Shown: positions 60,546 through 64,000 of the stretch, piece by piece
How positions within the stretch are numbered: position 1 is the stretch's first letter
Layout: every line of letters begins with the position of its first letter
DNA from: Mobula hypostoma
Lineage: Eukaryota
Assembly: GCF_963921235.1 (NCBI RefSeq)
Contig: NC_086097.1
Coordinates: 198,464,001-198,528,000, forward strand
Length of the DNA stretch: 64,000 nt
Direction of reading: 5' to 3'
The notes under the pieces: model-generated
The model's input: the letters and a program-made list of their open reading frames with translations, nothing else
The model's database searches: none
Told to the model about the DNA's origin: nothing
Program-made: the position numbers and the translations under genes

Positions 60546-61299
60546 AATTCAAAGGTCAACTGAAGGGTAGCCAATCAGCAGATGCCAATGTTGCAAAACT
60601 TCAGTCTCTTGTGTCTCCAAATAGCTCTGCCTAGGACAAATTTTGGTCTATGCAGCTTGGAATATTTACAAGAGAAGTCTCTCAAATCACATCGCTGAGC
60701 TCTAGCAAATAAGACATTAAAAAAGGAAATAAAAACAAATAGCATATGGTAATGTTTTAATGAAATTCTCCATTATGTAACATAATAACTTGAAGGAAAC
60801 ATTTCAGCAAATACAGATTCTCAGTTGCATCTGATAAACTTTATGACCTCTTTTTAATTGAAGAAACTGCTATTAAAGGCATGTATGTACACAGTCTAAC
60901 AGAACCTTTCAAAATTAACTCAAAGGATTTGTTTAAATTACTTATTTCCTTCCAGCTAATTTACTGTCGCAATAGTGATCTATTTTTACAGTGTTAATAT
61001 AACTATAGTTGAAACTATTACAGTTATAGTAACGTTTCTTCGATTGAGGTCAGCCTTATCTGGTTAAATGCTTCTGTATTTATTCTCTCAGAAAGACTGA
61101 GCATCATTATGTGAGAAAAGAGCCGGCTGTATCCATTGAACAATAAAATATAGAGAAATGATTGTGTGTCTTTTCTGTGAGACCATCAGCCAATCTCGTT
61201 AGGAGCACTGGTCAGAAAGTAATAAATCCAGTTAAGGGGCAGAAATTTGGACAGAATACATGACCCAGGATTCCTATACTCTATCCCCACAATCTACCT

Positions 61300-61625
61300 T
61301 AGAACATAGAACTTAGAAGGGACAGCACAGGAACCGACACTATTAGTTCACAACAAGATGTTATGCTGAACTAATTAAGATAAAGAAATTTAATCCCTTT
61401 TGCATGCACATAATCACATTTGTCCATTCTCTGCATATTCATGTACCTATCTAAAAGCCTCTTAAATGACTTTATCATATTTGTCTCATCCACCACCCCC
61501 GGCAGCCCATTCCAGGCACTCCCTATTCCTGTGTAAAAGGCTTTCTTCTACACATCTTTGAATTTTCCATCTTTCATTTTGGGTGCATGATTTATAGTAA
61601 TTTAGACATTTGAAATTGGGAGAAA
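61300..61625 (-). mobile_element. CR1 3' fragment
   Basis: TAGAACATAGAAC tail; CCCATTCCAGGCACTCCC (W N motif region). Confidence 0.75.
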
Positions 61626-61739
61626 GAAGTAAAGAAGAACGCCTCCCCAATACCCATGGGAGTTTTATCATTTACTTTTCATTCAAATATTCATTCACCC
61701 ATGCATTTACCTAGTTCTATATAAGGACAATGGAACAAG

Positions 61740-61878
61740 TCATTGGAGGCAAAGGAGATTGGAGATGCTGGGAATAGGGAGCAACAAACAATCTGCTGGA
61801 TGAACTTAGAAAGTCGAGCTGCATCTGTGGGAGGAAAGGAGTTTTTGATGTTCAGGTTGAAATCCCGCATCAGTCCTC
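61740..61878 (-). mobile_element. Penelope terminal-repeat fragment
   Basis: AGATGCTGG...CAACAAACAATCTGCTGGATGAACT...GCATCTGTGGGAGG matches 3838-3950. Confidence 0.6.
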
Positions 61879-61889
61879 TTGGGCTTGTT

Positions 61890-63660
61890 CTGCTATTCAG
61901 TAAGTTCATGGCTGATCTGTAACCTAAACTTCATTTGCTGCCTTTGTCCCATATCATCCCTTAACAAGTTTGACTAATTCAACCTTTCAACCTTTAAATG
62001 TAAATTTACTAATCGGACATCAACCTGCTTTGTGGGAGAGAGTTCTGTAATTTTGCCACCCAGTGCTGGCATGTGTTGCTCAATTTCATTGATGAAACAC
62101 ATGGCTCTAACATTTGGGCTCTGCCACTTTCAATCAGTGGAATAGGCTTCTTCCTCTCTGCCCTATTTAAATATTTTGGATTAAATAATTTCTTAATCTC
62201 CTAACTCCAGTGTAAATAAACCAAATTTTACCCAATCACTCCTTGGAAATTAATCATTCCTCAAGTATCAGATTGGCAAAATTATTTTGTGCTCTTGCCA
62301 TGGTCAATAAATCATCCCTGTAGAGTGATGGTCAGAATTGAGTAGTGTTCTGGTGTGATCTAACTAGGGATTAAAACAGTTGAAGAGATCCATCAGTCTC
62401 TTGTAATCAGTACCCTGGATTTAAGGGCTTGCTGATTTCATAAAGAATATTGTTCACCCTTCTGTGACATGTCCCGTATGTATGAAACATCACAGCCAGA
62501 AACATAATCACAATACACTGTGCAAAATTGTATATAGAGCAATATTTCAAATTCAGCATTTCAAATTATACTCTTTGCTTATTTTTTTTTCATGGCCAAA
62601 TGTAGGAAGAGCAAAACCCTAATGTTTTGTTTCAACTAAACACCATTCAGAAACCAGCATCACCCACTTTTACACAGGCAAGTAGCATCTGTGTCAGCAC
62701 TTGGATGAGAGAAAGAAGATTTAATAAACTGAAAACTAAGGAAAAAGAACACAAAGAGTTGCAAGAGATGCAGCTTCCAAGCAGAAGTCAGCTCAAAGTC
62801 TGTAGTGTTTGCTGAGCTTACACTTTCAAAGTTTCTACAGCCTTCCTGTAGTTGAAAGCCTGGCATCAGCAGTAAATAACGCCTTTTGAAAATACCCTGG
62901 TAGCTTCAACGGGTGTGTCTATTCAGGAATATGCATTCAGCATCTTGAAAACTGTCATTTAACTACATTACCATTAGTAATCACTTTAAGGGTTTCTGCA
63001 TTGAAAACACACCCCTTTTTCAAGCTTCTGTTTTTGTTTCTGACTTGACTGGGCACTAGAGCCTAGTACTCAGCTATAGCTCAACTTTGGATTGATCACA
63101 TTGGGGAATGCATAAACTAGCCTATTCCAACATTCAATTAATGGATGCCTGATCTGAATCTTTCCTGGCTCAGCACTCCACAATACATCAATATTGTTTC
63201 CACAACCAGTAATATCCAGCCCATCAACATTAAGTGCAGTTTGAAATGCTGAATTCATCAGGTATCAATTTTTGGGAAGAGAATTCCTGTTTTCTCCTAC
63301 TTCTTACATGAAGAATTGATTCCTGGCAGTGTCCCTGAGAGGCCCCTATATTTATCATTATGCATTCTCATCCTTCATCAACTTTAATCTCCTATGCTCA
63401 CAGCAACCTGCTCTTGTAATTTGTCTTTTTACCTGATCATTTTGGTGAATCTGTGTTGCAGAATCACATATAGTATTCAATTTAGGGCCTAACCTAAGGT
63501 CTGTACAGCTCTAAAATAACTTCCATCCCTTTTGTATTCCATGTTTCTTGAAAAACAAACATTTTACTTGATGTTCTTAATGACTTTGTGTACCTGTCTG
63601 GCAGCTTGTAATGACTTTTGCACTTCAGCAGCTCATAGCTTCTTTCCATTTAGCTATCTT
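61890..63660 (-). mobile_element. Ancient CR1 remnants (~61890-62480 and ~63060-63660)
   Basis: Decayed CR1 ORF2 3' blocks, e.g. TAGGGCCTAACCTAAGGTCTGTACAGCT (L Y . . L V R P in reverse). Confidence 0.5.
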
Positions 63661-64000
63661 TCTCAAATCTAAAGTCGACGACCCCATACTTATATCAAGT
63701 AAAGCCCGTTACATTCCAATCGACTTTGAGATGTCCTTAACACAGATTCAAGAGTCTTATTGTTGCTCAGCAACCTGCCTCTTGTTGAGGGGAATGCTAG
63801 GCAGAATTCAATTGCTTGGCCCATGAATAATGGAGCTGCTGCAATAGTCAGGCACTTTTAGGAATAAAACTGTTTAAATTTGAAAATCGATATCCAATAA
63901 AGACTAAAATTCTGTCTGCAAAATTAAAGTACATATTTGATGCAAAAGTTGCTTGTATTGGGAAACAAAAAAGATTTATAAATAGACACACTCAAAAAGT

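Noticed and set aside
62627..62815. Lys/Glu-rich small ORF resembling a coding exon
   Set aside because: No convincing canonical splice pair or recognisable domain; A-rich composition explains it.

Overview
Repeat-dominated, AT-rich vertebrate non-coding DNA (intron or intergenic). The mix of CR1, Penelope and Rex1 families suggests a cartilaginous fish, which is an inference. I recognise no host protein-coding exon, rRNA, tRNA or CRISPR array, and nearly all tracked ORFs are TE fragments or their antisense shadows. Contents: (1) many nested CR1 LINEs, including one apparently full-length decayed copy and one young copy with only three nonsense codons; (2) Penelope-like elements whose terminal repeats carry minimal hammerhead-ribozyme motifs, including a 105-bp TSD-flanked mini-element with an intact core and small fold-back derivatives; (3) Rex1/Babar, Nimb/I and RTE-derived fragments; (4) three solo LTRs; (5) two adjacent Mag-like Ty3/Gypsy elements. 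The main finding is the complete Gypsy at 36722-41239. It has no tRNA-type primer-binding site; the 16 nt after its 5' LTR are instead complementary to the poly(A)-signal segment of its own LTR. This suggests self-priming in an element lacking a chromodomain, and it also has a YLDN RT motif. Boundaries of old fragments are approximate, and family names come from motif recognition, not database searches.
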